Assembly: GCA_048938105.1 (NCBI GenBank) | Contig: JBHLMN010000004.1 | Span: forward strand, 64,001 to 128,000 | Direction of reading: 5' to 3' | From: Promethearchaeota archaeon | GTDB taxonomy: Archaea; Asgardarchaeota; Heimdallarchaeia; Hodarchaeales; Hodarchaeaceae | DNA: 64,000 bases | In this document: positions 8,835 through 17,681 of the stretch, in pieces | Numbering within the stretch: the first letter of the stretch is position 1 | Layout: each line of letters opens with the position of its first letter | Made by a program: the position numbers and the translations under genes | The notes under the pieces: generated by a model | The model's input: only the letters and a program-made list of their open reading frames with translations | What the model was told of the DNA's origin: nothing | The model's database searches: none

Positions 8835-10763
8835 CTATTGATATTTTCTCCTCCTTTGCCTGAAATAGAGAGTAGCTACGCCTATTACTACGAACATTGT
8901 GACTGCTATGTATATTTCAAATCCAGATGATGCAGCAGATCTGCCTGCCTCTTTTGACATAGGGATTTTTTCAGAATTTGGGGATTCTTCAAAATTTAAG
9001 TGTGAAACTGAAAGTCGAGCATCATATTGCCAGTCTGTGTGTCTTGTCAGATTAATGTATTCCCCAGGTACATATTCTACCCATTTATAAGGCCCAGAGC
9101 CAGTCAAATCCGCAGCTGTTGTGGGAATCCAGGTCTCAAAATCAGGCCCATGAGTGTTCCAGATGTGCATAGGTAACACTGGTAAGCCAGTTGCTCTACT
9201 CCATTCAAAGTACCCACTCTGGTTGGTATAAATCTCAACAATGTAGTCACTAGGCCTATCGACTCGGTAGACATTTTCTAAATAAGATCCATAGTCATTA
9301 CTTCTAGGCCAGAGGGTCTCAAAAGAGTATTCAACATCTGCAGATGTGACTGGTTGTCCATCGTGCCACGTCGCATTATCATTTAGATAGAAGGTGAACT
9401 TCTGGCCGTCCTGAAAACCCCCACCAGCAGTAGTCTCTTCAATGGTCCAGTTATAAGCCAATTGTGGAATAGGATCCCAGTTATTGGGGTCACTTTGCCA
9501 CAGGCGTTCATAGATGCAGTCGAAGACAATCTTATTGAAGTAATATAGATAATTGAGGACATTAGTTGAGTAAATGTCTTCAGTTGAACCGTATCTGAAC
9601 GTTCCTCCAATTGGACCACCTTCGGATTCCTTCAGAGAAATATGTGTGAGACAATACGGATTTTCACCTGTAATGCCCATACCTTTGAAGTTGAAAAAAC
9701 CCTCAAACTTATCTGTACGGTAAGTATTGATAAGAGGATAGCTGTAACAAGCAATCATTGGCTGTTCATGATTTAGTAGTAATAAAACTTCAGCAGATTT
9801 TGCCTTTACATCTTCAAGAGTAGTTGCTGCCATCATCTCGTCAAGAGCAGCGTTTATAGTTGCATTGTTCAACCGATAAATCATGTCTGAATAGGATTGA
9901 CCAGTTCTAAATAATTGGTACAAATATTCCACTGGATTGACAATATCAGCGGCCCAAGTGAAACACATCGTCCAAGCATCATTTGCAAGTATTTTATCGT
10001 AGATAAGAGAAAAGTCCATTTCTACCACAGTCGCGTTTATTCCCATTGCTTGAAGAGCCTTGGCGGCATATTCACTGACGATAATAGCAGGATCATAATC
10101 AATTGTAGCATATATTTCGATGGCACACTCCTGGTGGTCTTTATCACCAGTACTCCAAGTCCCAGAGTCATCAGCATCAAATTCACGCCAACCATCACCG
10201 TCTAAATCTCTAAATCCAGCTCGTTCGAGAGCTGCGATACCAGAATCAATATCTGGTTCATAAAAGTGCGTTGGTAACGAACTTTCAATTTCCCATTCTG
10301 TAGCAATACTAGGCATGTAAGTGTCTATAGGAGTCCCTGCTCCACCATCGATCTCATAGTTAATTCCCACCTTATCTATAGCAAAAGCTAATGCTCGACG
10401 GTACCCAGTGATATTGGTTGGGAAACGTCCACAATTTAAGGAAAGTTGCCGAAAATATGGTTTTTGATTGATAGCTACCTCAACGTTAGGATTCAATACG
10501 AGCCCAGGTAGGTATCGCGCATTATAGATAAGGTCCTCTGTACTGGCGTCAATTTCCCCTTTTTTCAATGCAAGCAACATTTCAGCCCAGTCATTCTGAT
10601 AAATGTTGAATATCACATTATCAATATATCCCCCGTGAGGGCGGAAATTTGAGGGCCATTTGAAGGTCATCGTTGTCATTGGTGCGGAAAGTGTGGTACT
10701 ACCTGAGAGAAGAGCCACTAATACGAACAAACTTGCGAAATTAAACAGTTTCATTTTTTTCAT
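8835..10763 (-). CDS. Family-5 ABC solute-binding protein, circularly permuted; tandem paralog of 6729-8822
   Basis: Same motifs (FPTNITGYRRALA, DLDGDGWRE, WHDGQPVTSADV, GSGPYKW); C-terminal SGFE + TM + RRRK. Confidence 0.85.
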   Translation of the reverse strand: MKKMKLFNFASLFVLVALLSGSTTLSAPMTTMTFKWPSNFRPHGGYIDNVIFNIYQNDWAEMLLALKKGEIDASTEDLIYNARYLPGLVLNPNVEVAINQKPYFRQLSLNCGRFPTNITGYRRALAFAIDKVGINYEIDGGAGTPIDTYMPSIATEWEIESSLPTHFYEPDIDSGIAALERAGFRDLDGDGWREFDADDSGTWSTGDKDHQECAIEIYATIDYDPAIIVSEYAAKALQAMGINATVVEMDFSLIYDKILANDAWTMCFTWAADIVNPVEYLYQLFRTGQSYSDMIYRLNNATINAALDEMMAATTLEDVKAKSAEVLLLLNHEQPMIACYSYPLINTYRTDKFEGFFNFKGMGITGENPYCLTHISLKESEGGPIGGTFRYGSTEDIYSTNVLNYLYYFNKIVFDCIYERLWQSDPNNWDPIPQLAYNWTIEETTAGGGFQDGQKFTFYLNDNATWHDGQPVTSADVEYSFETLWPRSNDYGSYLENVYRVDRPSDYIVEIYTNQSGYFEWSRATGLPVLPMHIWNTHGPDFETWIPTTAADLTGSGPYKWVEYVPGEYINLTRHTDWQYDARLSVSHLNFEESPNSEKIPMSKEAGRSAASSGFEIYIAVTMFVVIGVATLYFRQRRRKYQ

Positions 10764-11011
10764 AAAAAAATCTTCCTATATTCATTTTAAACTTGTATTA
10801 AGTCTATAAACACCATTCACATACATTTTCGAAATTATTTTTTAGAAGAAATCATTCTAAAATATACCTATTATCTAGTTTTTATAATCTACTATTCGGA
10901 AGATGTCTTACTTAAACGAATTTGGTCAATTAAGAGACAAAATATAAAACTGTTGGACTTAAAACTATAAAAAAAGGCAAGATCTCTCTCCTTTCATTAT
11001 TATATTTGCCT

Positions 11012-11791
11012 TTAAACCCAATAATAACACTTATACGGTTTTGAATCAGTATATCCCAGTTTGAGAGCAAAGTCTCTGGAAATCTCAGTATCAGCATCCC
11101 AATGAGGTTCAATACCATTTTCCAAACAATATGAAATGAGTTCAACTGCTACTCGTGTTGCCAATCCTTTTCTTCGATATTTTATTGAATCCACTGTGTC
11201 TACCTGAATTTCGAGACTTGTTCTGAAAGGAACCAAAGAAGAAGCCATACTAATGATTGAAAGACCATACTTGATACAATATCCCTTTCCCGATGCCATA
11301 AAATGTTTTGGGTCTCCAAAGAACAGATGAACATAATATCCGATCGAATTTTTTATTTGATTCAGGACTTCCATATCCACTTGTTGTAAATAATAACGTT
11401 CAGGAAGGTTGTGTTTTAAATTTTGTATGTATTTAAGAGTAACAGCGGAAGCAGAAAGAGCATATCGGTTGAAGTTTCTTAGTTTAGTTCTAAAGTACAT
11501 CCTTAAGTGTGGAATCCATAATTTCTGATTTGGAATAAAGATTGTCTGTTTCGGAGGGATGTGAGCTAAGATTTTGTTTATATCAGATGAACTGGGAGTT
11601 CCTGCTAGAATATGAACCCCAGGTATTGTAAAAAGTGATACTGAAGGATTTTCAGGATTATCTACAAAAATTTCTCCCAGAGGGAGCTCTGGAATCGCTT
11701 CGATTATATTTCTGAGATGTTGATGTGCATCATACATATGACGAATCGAATCAAAATGAGAACTAGGAATCTGTATCACCATTCGGAGCAC
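11012..11791 (-). CDS. GNAT-family acetyltransferase
   Basis: YRRKGLA acetyl-CoA motif; PHWDA...SRDFALKLGY. Confidence 0.85.
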   Translation of the reverse strand: MLRMVIQIPSSHFDSIRHMYDAHQHLRNIIEAIPELPLGEIFVDNPENPSVSLFTIPGVHILAGTPSSSDINKILAHIPPKQTIFIPNQKLWIPHLRMYFRTKLRNFNRYALSASAVTLKYIQNLKHNLPERYYLQQVDMEVLNQIKNSIGYYVHLFFGDPKHFMASGKGYCIKYGLSIISMASSLVPFRTSLEIQVDTVDSIKYRRKGLATRVAVELISYCLENGIEPHWDADTEISRDFALKLGYTDSKPYKCYYWV

Positions 11792-11842
11792 CGAGTTTAT
11801 ATATTTTATTACTCTACAATGTTTTGATTAGGTGACTCATCT

Positions 11843-12328
11843 TTAGATAAGTCCTTTACATCGGGAGGAGTTTGGACATTTTCCTCGGTATTGATGAAGT
11901 AGAGCCAGTTGGTTTTCTGTCTCTGGACACCCTTCACCTAAAGCTCCATGAATGATCTCTAGTGCTTCTGTTGACTTATATCCATGAGTTACTAGAAATA
12001 ATCCAATCATTGTTCCTGTTCGGCCACAACCAGCAATACAATGGGTCAATACTGCCTGTTCATTTTGTAATGTTTCACATACGATTTGTAAATAATGATT
12101 AATAGTATCCTCTGTAGGAATTCCAAAATCAGGGATAGATAGGCGTTTGAATTTTACTCCACTAGTTTTTAATTGTTCTTTTAGACTATTTGGTAATCCA
12201 CGAGATGTAAGGTTCACTACAAGCATAAGATTCAACTGTGGTAGAATGCCAAGCTCTTTAAAGAGGGGAAAAGGGCTGCCAGCCAATTTTCCTGGAATAA
12301 TCCACCTGATTATTTGGTTTATTGCCAT
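11843..12328 (-). CDS. Dual-specificity / protein-tyrosine phosphatase
   Basis: HCIAGCGRTG (CX5R) active site, IPDF acid loop and ETENQ. Confidence 0.92.
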   Translation of the reverse strand: MAINQIIRWIIPGKLAGSPFPLFKELGILPQLNLMLVVNLTSRGLPNSLKEQLKTSGVKFKRLSIPDFGIPTEDTINHYLQIVCETLQNEQAVLTHCIAGCGRTGTMIGLFLVTHGYKSTEALEIIHGALGEGCPETENQLALLHQYRGKCPNSSRCKGLI

Positions 12329-12349
12329 AAATTTCCCGATTCGATAAGT

Positions 12350-13216
12350 TCATTTTATGATTGATTTAATAAAACCAATAACTTGAGTACTATAATCTGG
12401 ATGTTTTTCAATATCGGAATGATTAGTCTGGTCTGGTATCCATATTTTACTGTAGGGTATTTCCTTTTGGAGGAGAATAGTATATTTTACTGGTAAGATT
12501 TCATCTTCTCGTCCATGGATCAACAAAGTAGGGACAGTAATATGTGATGCAGCATCCAGTGGAGAAAATTCCAGTTTTGAATATTTCCTAAACTTAAATA
12601 AAGTAAGGATTGTGATACCTGGCATCAAGAATGGGGTAAACCATTTCAAGACTGGACCATAAACGTATTTAAGACTGTGAGGAAATGCATAAGGAGATGC
12701 TTCTGCTATTACAGCTTTAACTAGAGGATTTTGGGCTGCTACTATCAATGTGGCACCAGCCCCAATTGAATGGCCAGTTACTATCACTGGTTTTCCCCAC
12801 CAATTAACACAGGAATTAAGGTCTTGACTGAATCGTACAATACTCATTCCTGCGATTTCTTTATCAGAGTTACCATGATCCCTTACAGAAATCAAAATAG
12901 TGATGTATCCATGTTTACCATAGATTCTAGCTCGAGAGACCATTCGCCCTCTATTCCTTCCCCAACCATGAACCAATATTATTGCGGGTTTTTGGTTTCT
13001 GACTTCGTCTGTTCTTCCTTTTGGATAGACTACCCAACACTCCATTCTTTTTCCATTGATTGTAGGCACTTTAAATTCTTTCACTACCCCCCAATCAGGA
13101 TATTCATTAATAGGTCTTCTTGGAAAATTCGCTAAGATAAGTATAATACTCTGATTAATTAGAAAATAAGCAAAAATAATGACACCTAACCAAGTTAATA
13201 TATGGATAATTGTCAT
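12350..13216 (-). CDS. Membrane-anchored alpha/beta hydrolase
   Basis: N-terminal TM; VHGWG, GHSIG nucleophile elbow, HGRED and a C-terminal His. Confidence 0.88.
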   Translation of the reverse strand: MTIIHILTWLGVIIFAYFLINQSIILILANFPRRPINEYPDWGVVKEFKVPTINGKRMECWVVYPKGRTDEVRNQKPAIILVHGWGRNRGRMVSRARIYGKHGYITILISVRDHGNSDKEIAGMSIVRFSQDLNSCVNWWGKPVIVTGHSIGAGATLIVAAQNPLVKAVIAEASPYAFPHSLKYVYGPVLKWFTPFLMPGITILTLFKFRKYSKLEFSPLDAASHITVPTLLIHGREDEILPVKYTILLQKEIPYSKIWIPDQTNHSDIEKHPDYSTQVIGFIKSIIK

Positions 13217-13372
13217 TGTAAGTCCTCATTATGGAAAAACTAAGCCATTAACCTGTGGTCAATGATTATTATATTATGGATAATGAATTCTTTGTTTGTT
13301 ATTGCGCAGTAGATGAATATTAAACATTTTATTTTCTAAAAGTGTTATTTCTTGACATAAAAACTCATATTA

Positions 13373-15466
13373 CTAAGCTATCTTAAACTTCTCTTCTAAG
13401 AGAATGTCACTTGAAGATCTTCCCACTAAGAGCTTGTATTCACCAGGTTCAATTTTCCAAGAATGGGTATTATCATCGTAAAACGCTAAATCTTTAGCTC
13501 TTATAACCATATTTACAATCTCTGTTTCATTTGCAGTAATAAATATCTTTTTAAATCCAGTTAACTCTTTTAGGGGCCGTTCAACTCCACAATCAAGACT
13601 TTGTGTATATGCCTGAACAACTTCAGATCCAGGATGATTGCTTGTATTTGTTAAATTGAGAGTTACGGTTATATTTTCATTCTTAGTATATTTCTTTTTG
13701 TTTAATCGGAGATTGTCATAAAGAAAGGTAGAATAAGAGAGACCATAACCAAATGGAAAGAGAGGTATTATCTTTTCCTTTTCAAAAAAACGATAACCTA
13801 CAAAAATTCCCTCATCATAATAAACTTTCAATCCCTCCCCAGGATAAGTTTTGGTAGAACGATGCACAGGTGAGTCTCTAAGTTTCTTTGGAAAAGTTAT
13901 TGGTAATTTTCCAGAAGGATTAACATCACCAAATAGTATATTAGCGATTGCATGGCCCCCTTCCATCCCTGGATACCAAGCCTCAAGAATAACAGGAACA
14001 TTTTCTAGCCAACCATTCATTGCGATTGGACTACCATTTAATAAAACAACTATAGTATTTGGATTATTTTGAACTGTATGATTAATCAAATTGACTTGTT
14101 CTTTGGGCAATTCGAGTTGATTTCGATCTATTCCTTCACTATCATTTCCAAATGATGACTTTTTATCTTGATTTTCCCCCCTCGCTAGAGATTTATTGCT
14201 GTCATGATTTAGTCCTGCAAAAATAATTACGTAATCAGTTTTTGAAGGATCAGTAGTAATTTGAACTTTATTCTCACATTTTTTCTTCAATCCTTTAAGA
14301 GGAGTTATTTCATACGGAGGTTTGACTGCAGAACTACCACCATAAAGCCATTTACCGAATTTTTTATCTCGGTTGGGCCCTATAATTGATAAAGTACTGA
14401 TTTTTGATATATCAAGAGGAAGAATGTTAGTATCATTCTTTAACAACACCATTCCTTCTTCAGCCATTCGTCTTGCTAATTTTTGATGATCTGGAGTGTT
14501 TCGTTTTCCTTGAGGAAGAGTACTTTTATTTTCAAAAAGACCAACCAAAAACATAACACGTAAAAGCTTTCTTACAATAGTATTTAGGTCTTCTTCTGTG
14601 ATTTTCTGTTCATTTAAAGTACAATGCAACGATTTAAGATGATATACTTTAGCCTTAGGCATTTCAAGTGAAACACCTGCTAAGATACATTCTTCTGCTG
14701 AAACTGGAGGATTGGCACGTGAGAAGGCCCACCAATCTGAAACAATAAATCCCTTAAAATTCCATTTATCCCAAAGAGTATTTCGAAGTAACGCTTTGTT
14801 AGCAAATAAATATTGACCATTAACTTTATTATATGATGTCATAATCATCCAAGGATCTGCTTCTTTTATTACCTCCATGAACGCTCTAAGATAAATTTCG
14901 TGGAGTGTTCTTTCATCAATTTCAGCACTAATAGTAAAACGCTTCGTTTCTTGGTTATTAGCCACATAATGTTTAGGACAAGCCGCGATACGTTGACTTT
15001 GAACTCCTTTAACATATGGAATTGCCAGTTCTTTCGTTAAATATGGATCTTCACTTAAGTATTCAAAAGTTCGGCCATTTAAGGGTGTTCTATCAATATT
15101 TATTCCTGGAGCTAGGATAGCATGCCTTCCGATTGCTCGAGCCTCTTTTCCGACAGCCTTACCGAATTCATGGGCAAGCTGGCGATTGAAGGAAGAAGCA
15201 AGACATATCCCTCCTGGAAAGCGGGTATTTTTACGAAGAAAACTCGTATGCATTGAAATACCGAATGGTCCATCAGTCATTTTAAATGGTTTTATACCTA
15301 ACCTTTTAATGGACTGAGTCTGGAAAAATCGGTTACCTGCAAGTAATTTGAACTTCTCATCGATTGTTAGACGATTTAGCAGATCATCGACTCTAGCTTC
15401 GATATCTAAACTAGGATTTCTATACGAAAGGTGTGTTAATTCCTCTGTCTCAAGTTTTTGGGTCAT
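13373..15466 (-). CDS. Glycoside hydrolase family 3 (beta-glucosidase)
   Basis: Motifs TDGP, GRTFEYLSEDP, KHY, IVSDW, VLLKN and FPFGYGLSY, plus an Fn3-like C-terminus. Confidence 0.95.
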   Translation of the reverse strand: MTQKLETEELTHLSYRNPSLDIEARVDDLLNRLTIDEKFKLLAGNRFFQTQSIKRLGIKPFKMTDGPFGISMHTSFLRKNTRFPGGICLASSFNRQLAHEFGKAVGKEARAIGRHAILAPGINIDRTPLNGRTFEYLSEDPYLTKELAIPYVKGVQSQRIAACPKHYVANNQETKRFTISAEIDERTLHEIYLRAFMEVIKEADPWMIMTSYNKVNGQYLFANKALLRNTLWDKWNFKGFIVSDWWAFSRANPPVSAEECILAGVSLEMPKAKVYHLKSLHCTLNEQKITEEDLNTIVRKLLRVMFLVGLFENKSTLPQGKRNTPDHQKLARRMAEEGMVLLKNDTNILPLDISKISTLSIIGPNRDKKFGKWLYGGSSAVKPPYEITPLKGLKKKCENKVQITTDPSKTDYVIIFAGLNHDSNKSLARGENQDKKSSFGNDSEGIDRNQLELPKEQVNLINHTVQNNPNTIVVLLNGSPIAMNGWLENVPVILEAWYPGMEGGHAIANILFGDVNPSGKLPITFPKKLRDSPVHRSTKTYPGEGLKVYYDEGIFVGYRFFEKEKIIPLFPFGYGLSYSTFLYDNLRLNKKKYTKNENITVTLNLTNTSNHPGSEVVQAYTQSLDCGVERPLKELTGFKKIFITANETEIVNMVIRAKDLAFYDDNTHSWKIEPGEYKLLVGRSSSDILLEEKFKIA

Positions 15467-15593
15467 AAATCATATTTCCAACGTGTTCATTCAGAATATG
15501 AAAGATAATTTTTGTCTATAAAGTAGAATACAAGATAAAATGCTAAATTAAAAACAAGAATGTATTGAATGTACATCTTTAAGTAAATTCACA

Positions 15594-16613
15594 TTATTTG
15601 AGAAGAAGTGCTTCTATTTCAGGAATGACCAATCCAGTCCTACTATTAAGTAATTTATAGACTTTCTTGAAAGCTGGTATATATTGTTTCATGACTTCTT
15701 TTGTTTCATCTCTCATCCCCATTTCAGCTGCTCCTGAACTTAAAGAAACAGATAGATCGAATAGTCTCCTTAAACAAGCTAAAACCTCAAAATATTCGAT
15801 ATTAGGAACTTTAGAACCATAAAGATTTTGATAGATGTTCAAAACATTATGTCGAAAATCTGAAGATATGTGGGCTTCACATAATACCAAAGTCCAACCT
15901 AAATCCATACGAAAATCCTTAATACTTAACCTGTGCCAATCAATGACATATGCTTCATTTTCAGCTGTTATCAAAATGTTGTTTGGATGAAAATCTCCAT
16001 GAAAAATTGAAAGATATTTAGCAGACATTTTAGGGATATTGTCAAGCCATTCTATTATTGGTAAAAACTCCTCCTTTTTGAAATGTCTTATCTCTTGTCT
16101 AAATTGGAGAAAGTAATCAAGTAATAGGTGTTTTGGATTCTTCTGATCAAGAGAAAAATCAATATTTATTATATTCCAGTTTAACCTGTGAAGAGTATAA
16201 AAAAGATTACAAAATAAATACATCAAATCAGAAAATTCATCCCTACATGCTGTTTGCATCCTCTCCCCTAAAGGTTGGCCATTAATCCTTTCCATGATGA
16301 TGAAAGGTTTATCAACATAGGAGGGTTCTACTCCCAAGAAATATGGAAAAGGGACAGGGTAGTCAATTTTATGTAACTCAGATAATGTCTGGAATTCATT
16401 TTTTGCGCTTTGAGTGGCATATTTTCCAGAGTATAGTCGTAAAATTAGATCTTTCCTTATATCGGCTCCCGAATCTCGATATTCAAGTGTAAAAGAATAA
16501 ATATCAGTCTCCCACCCTGAAGTAATATCTTTAAGATCTAAGACACGAATATTTTCCTTATCAGACAATTTTTCATGTAGAAACGCAGCTATAACTTCTT
16601 CCATAGAATTCAT
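15594..16613 (-). CDS. Aminoglycoside-phosphotransferase (APH)-family kinase
   Basis: Motifs HGDFHPNNIL, VIDW and IMERING. Confidence 0.88.
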   Translation of the reverse strand: MNSMEEVIAAFLHEKLSDKENIRVLDLKDITSGWETDIYSFTLEYRDSGADIRKDLILRLYSGKYATQSAKNEFQTLSELHKIDYPVPFPYFLGVEPSYVDKPFIIMERINGQPLGERMQTACRDEFSDLMYLFCNLFYTLHRLNWNIINIDFSLDQKNPKHLLLDYFLQFRQEIRHFKKEEFLPIIEWLDNIPKMSAKYLSIFHGDFHPNNILITAENEAYVIDWHRLSIKDFRMDLGWTLVLCEAHISSDFRHNVLNIYQNLYGSKVPNIEYFEVLACLRRLFDLSVSLSSGAAEMGMRDETKEVMKQYIPAFKKVYKLLNSRTGLVIPEIEALLLK

Positions 16614-16756
16614 GAATTCATAACCACATCGTAATAACTAAACAAGAAGCTTTTTTTTCTGCCATATTTAGTATAGGATCTAAATAAAAGCAATTATGAT
16701 CATTCTGAAAAAAGACACTTTAATTTCAATATAAAAGTGCTTATTTCTCCCTTAAT

Positions 16757-16966
16757 TCATTTAGAAAAGAAGATTAAATCTTCCTTAGGCTCTGTTTCGG
16801 TCATAACTCCGATTAAATCATGACTTTTCATATGATGGTTTAAATAACATCTCTCGTGTATTAGTTTATGACATTGATCGCAACGTATAACTAAAACGAA
16901 ACCATTATGATCTCTTTTTAGTAAAAGCTTACCACATACGGAACAAAACCGTGGGTCATCCTTCAT
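16757..16966 (-). CDS. Small Cys/His zinc-finger protein (69 aa)
   Basis: CSVC...CDQC...HERC...HH..SH; GAGGTGA SD-like site upstream. Confidence 0.75.
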   Translation of the reverse strand: MKDDPRFCSVCGKLLLKRDHNGFVLVIRCDQCHKLIHERCYLNHHMKSHDLIGVMTETEPKEDLIFFSK

Positions 16967-16975
16967 GGCTTCACC

Positions 16976-17101
16976 TCATTGAACTACATCAGGATTTAGG
17001 TCTACTTGCTTTTCTGTATCCAATTCTCCTTCAAGCTTTTTCTCACAATTTATACATTGACCATGTACATTTAACACTGTACCACAGGATTCACAGAACA
17101 T
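16976..17101 (-). CDS. Unannotated 41-aa zinc-ribbon protein MFCESCGTVLNVHGQCINCEKKLEGELDTEKQVDLNPDVVQ
   Basis: Translated by hand. CxxC-x9-CxxC; AAGGAGGT SD upstream; the stop overlaps the SD of the next zinc-finger gene. Confidence 0.8.
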   Translation of the reverse strand: MFCESCGTVLNVHGQCINCEKKLEGELDTEKQVDLNPDVVQ

Positions 17102-17404
17102 CTACAAACGAACCTCCTTTCTCTGTCTCAAATTCCCAGGAAAAGTTGAGACTTTGGTGTTTAGGCAAAATAAGGGTGTGTGACAATAATGCCATTCCCT
17201 TGGAACCACATTCTAATGGCAATTGAAAATTTCATAGTGTCACACCAAGTTTCAACAAGAAGATTCCTGGATTCTCCTTGCATATATGACTTTTTTACCT
17301 GAGGTTAAAAGGTTTCCCGTTCCCGCACAATGAGATATGATCCAATAAACTAGATGATTAAAGAGCGCTTAAGACGAATATTTCATAACAAAAATATAGA
17401 GAAT

Positions 17405-17680
17405 GGTGAATTAAGGCATATCAAGAGGTAATTTGTTACCTGAAAACCCATTTTCCCTCGGTCTGTAGTTATAATTACAGACACAGGTGCACCATTATCC
17501 TGTACTACTAATTTAGCTCGTGGTTTAAGAATGCCTGCAGTTGTTTGGTTATTGTGATGTAACCGTGCGTTTACAGACAAGGGATCGTCTGATTGTCTAT
17601 GACGGACAGAGGATTGTCAAAAATCTAGAATTTATCAAATCGAGCTCACAATGATGAATGCTAATCTGAAAGTAGACTGA
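17405..17680 (+). ncRNA. Candidate structured non-coding RNA, family unknown
   Basis: Six local hairpins plus two long-range 6-bp complementarities; the wobble pairs are G-U on the + strand; no credible ORF. Confidence 0.4.
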
Positions 17681-17681
17681 A

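Noticed and set aside
16951-17580. ORFs 16951-17226(+) and 17383-17580(-)
   Set aside because: The first is antisense to the zinc-ribbon gene. The second has no protein-like features and overlaps the structured segment.
17651-17680. Complete box C/D sRNA
   Set aside because: No C' box, guides too short and no terminal stem; kept only as a sub-feature of the RNA candidate.
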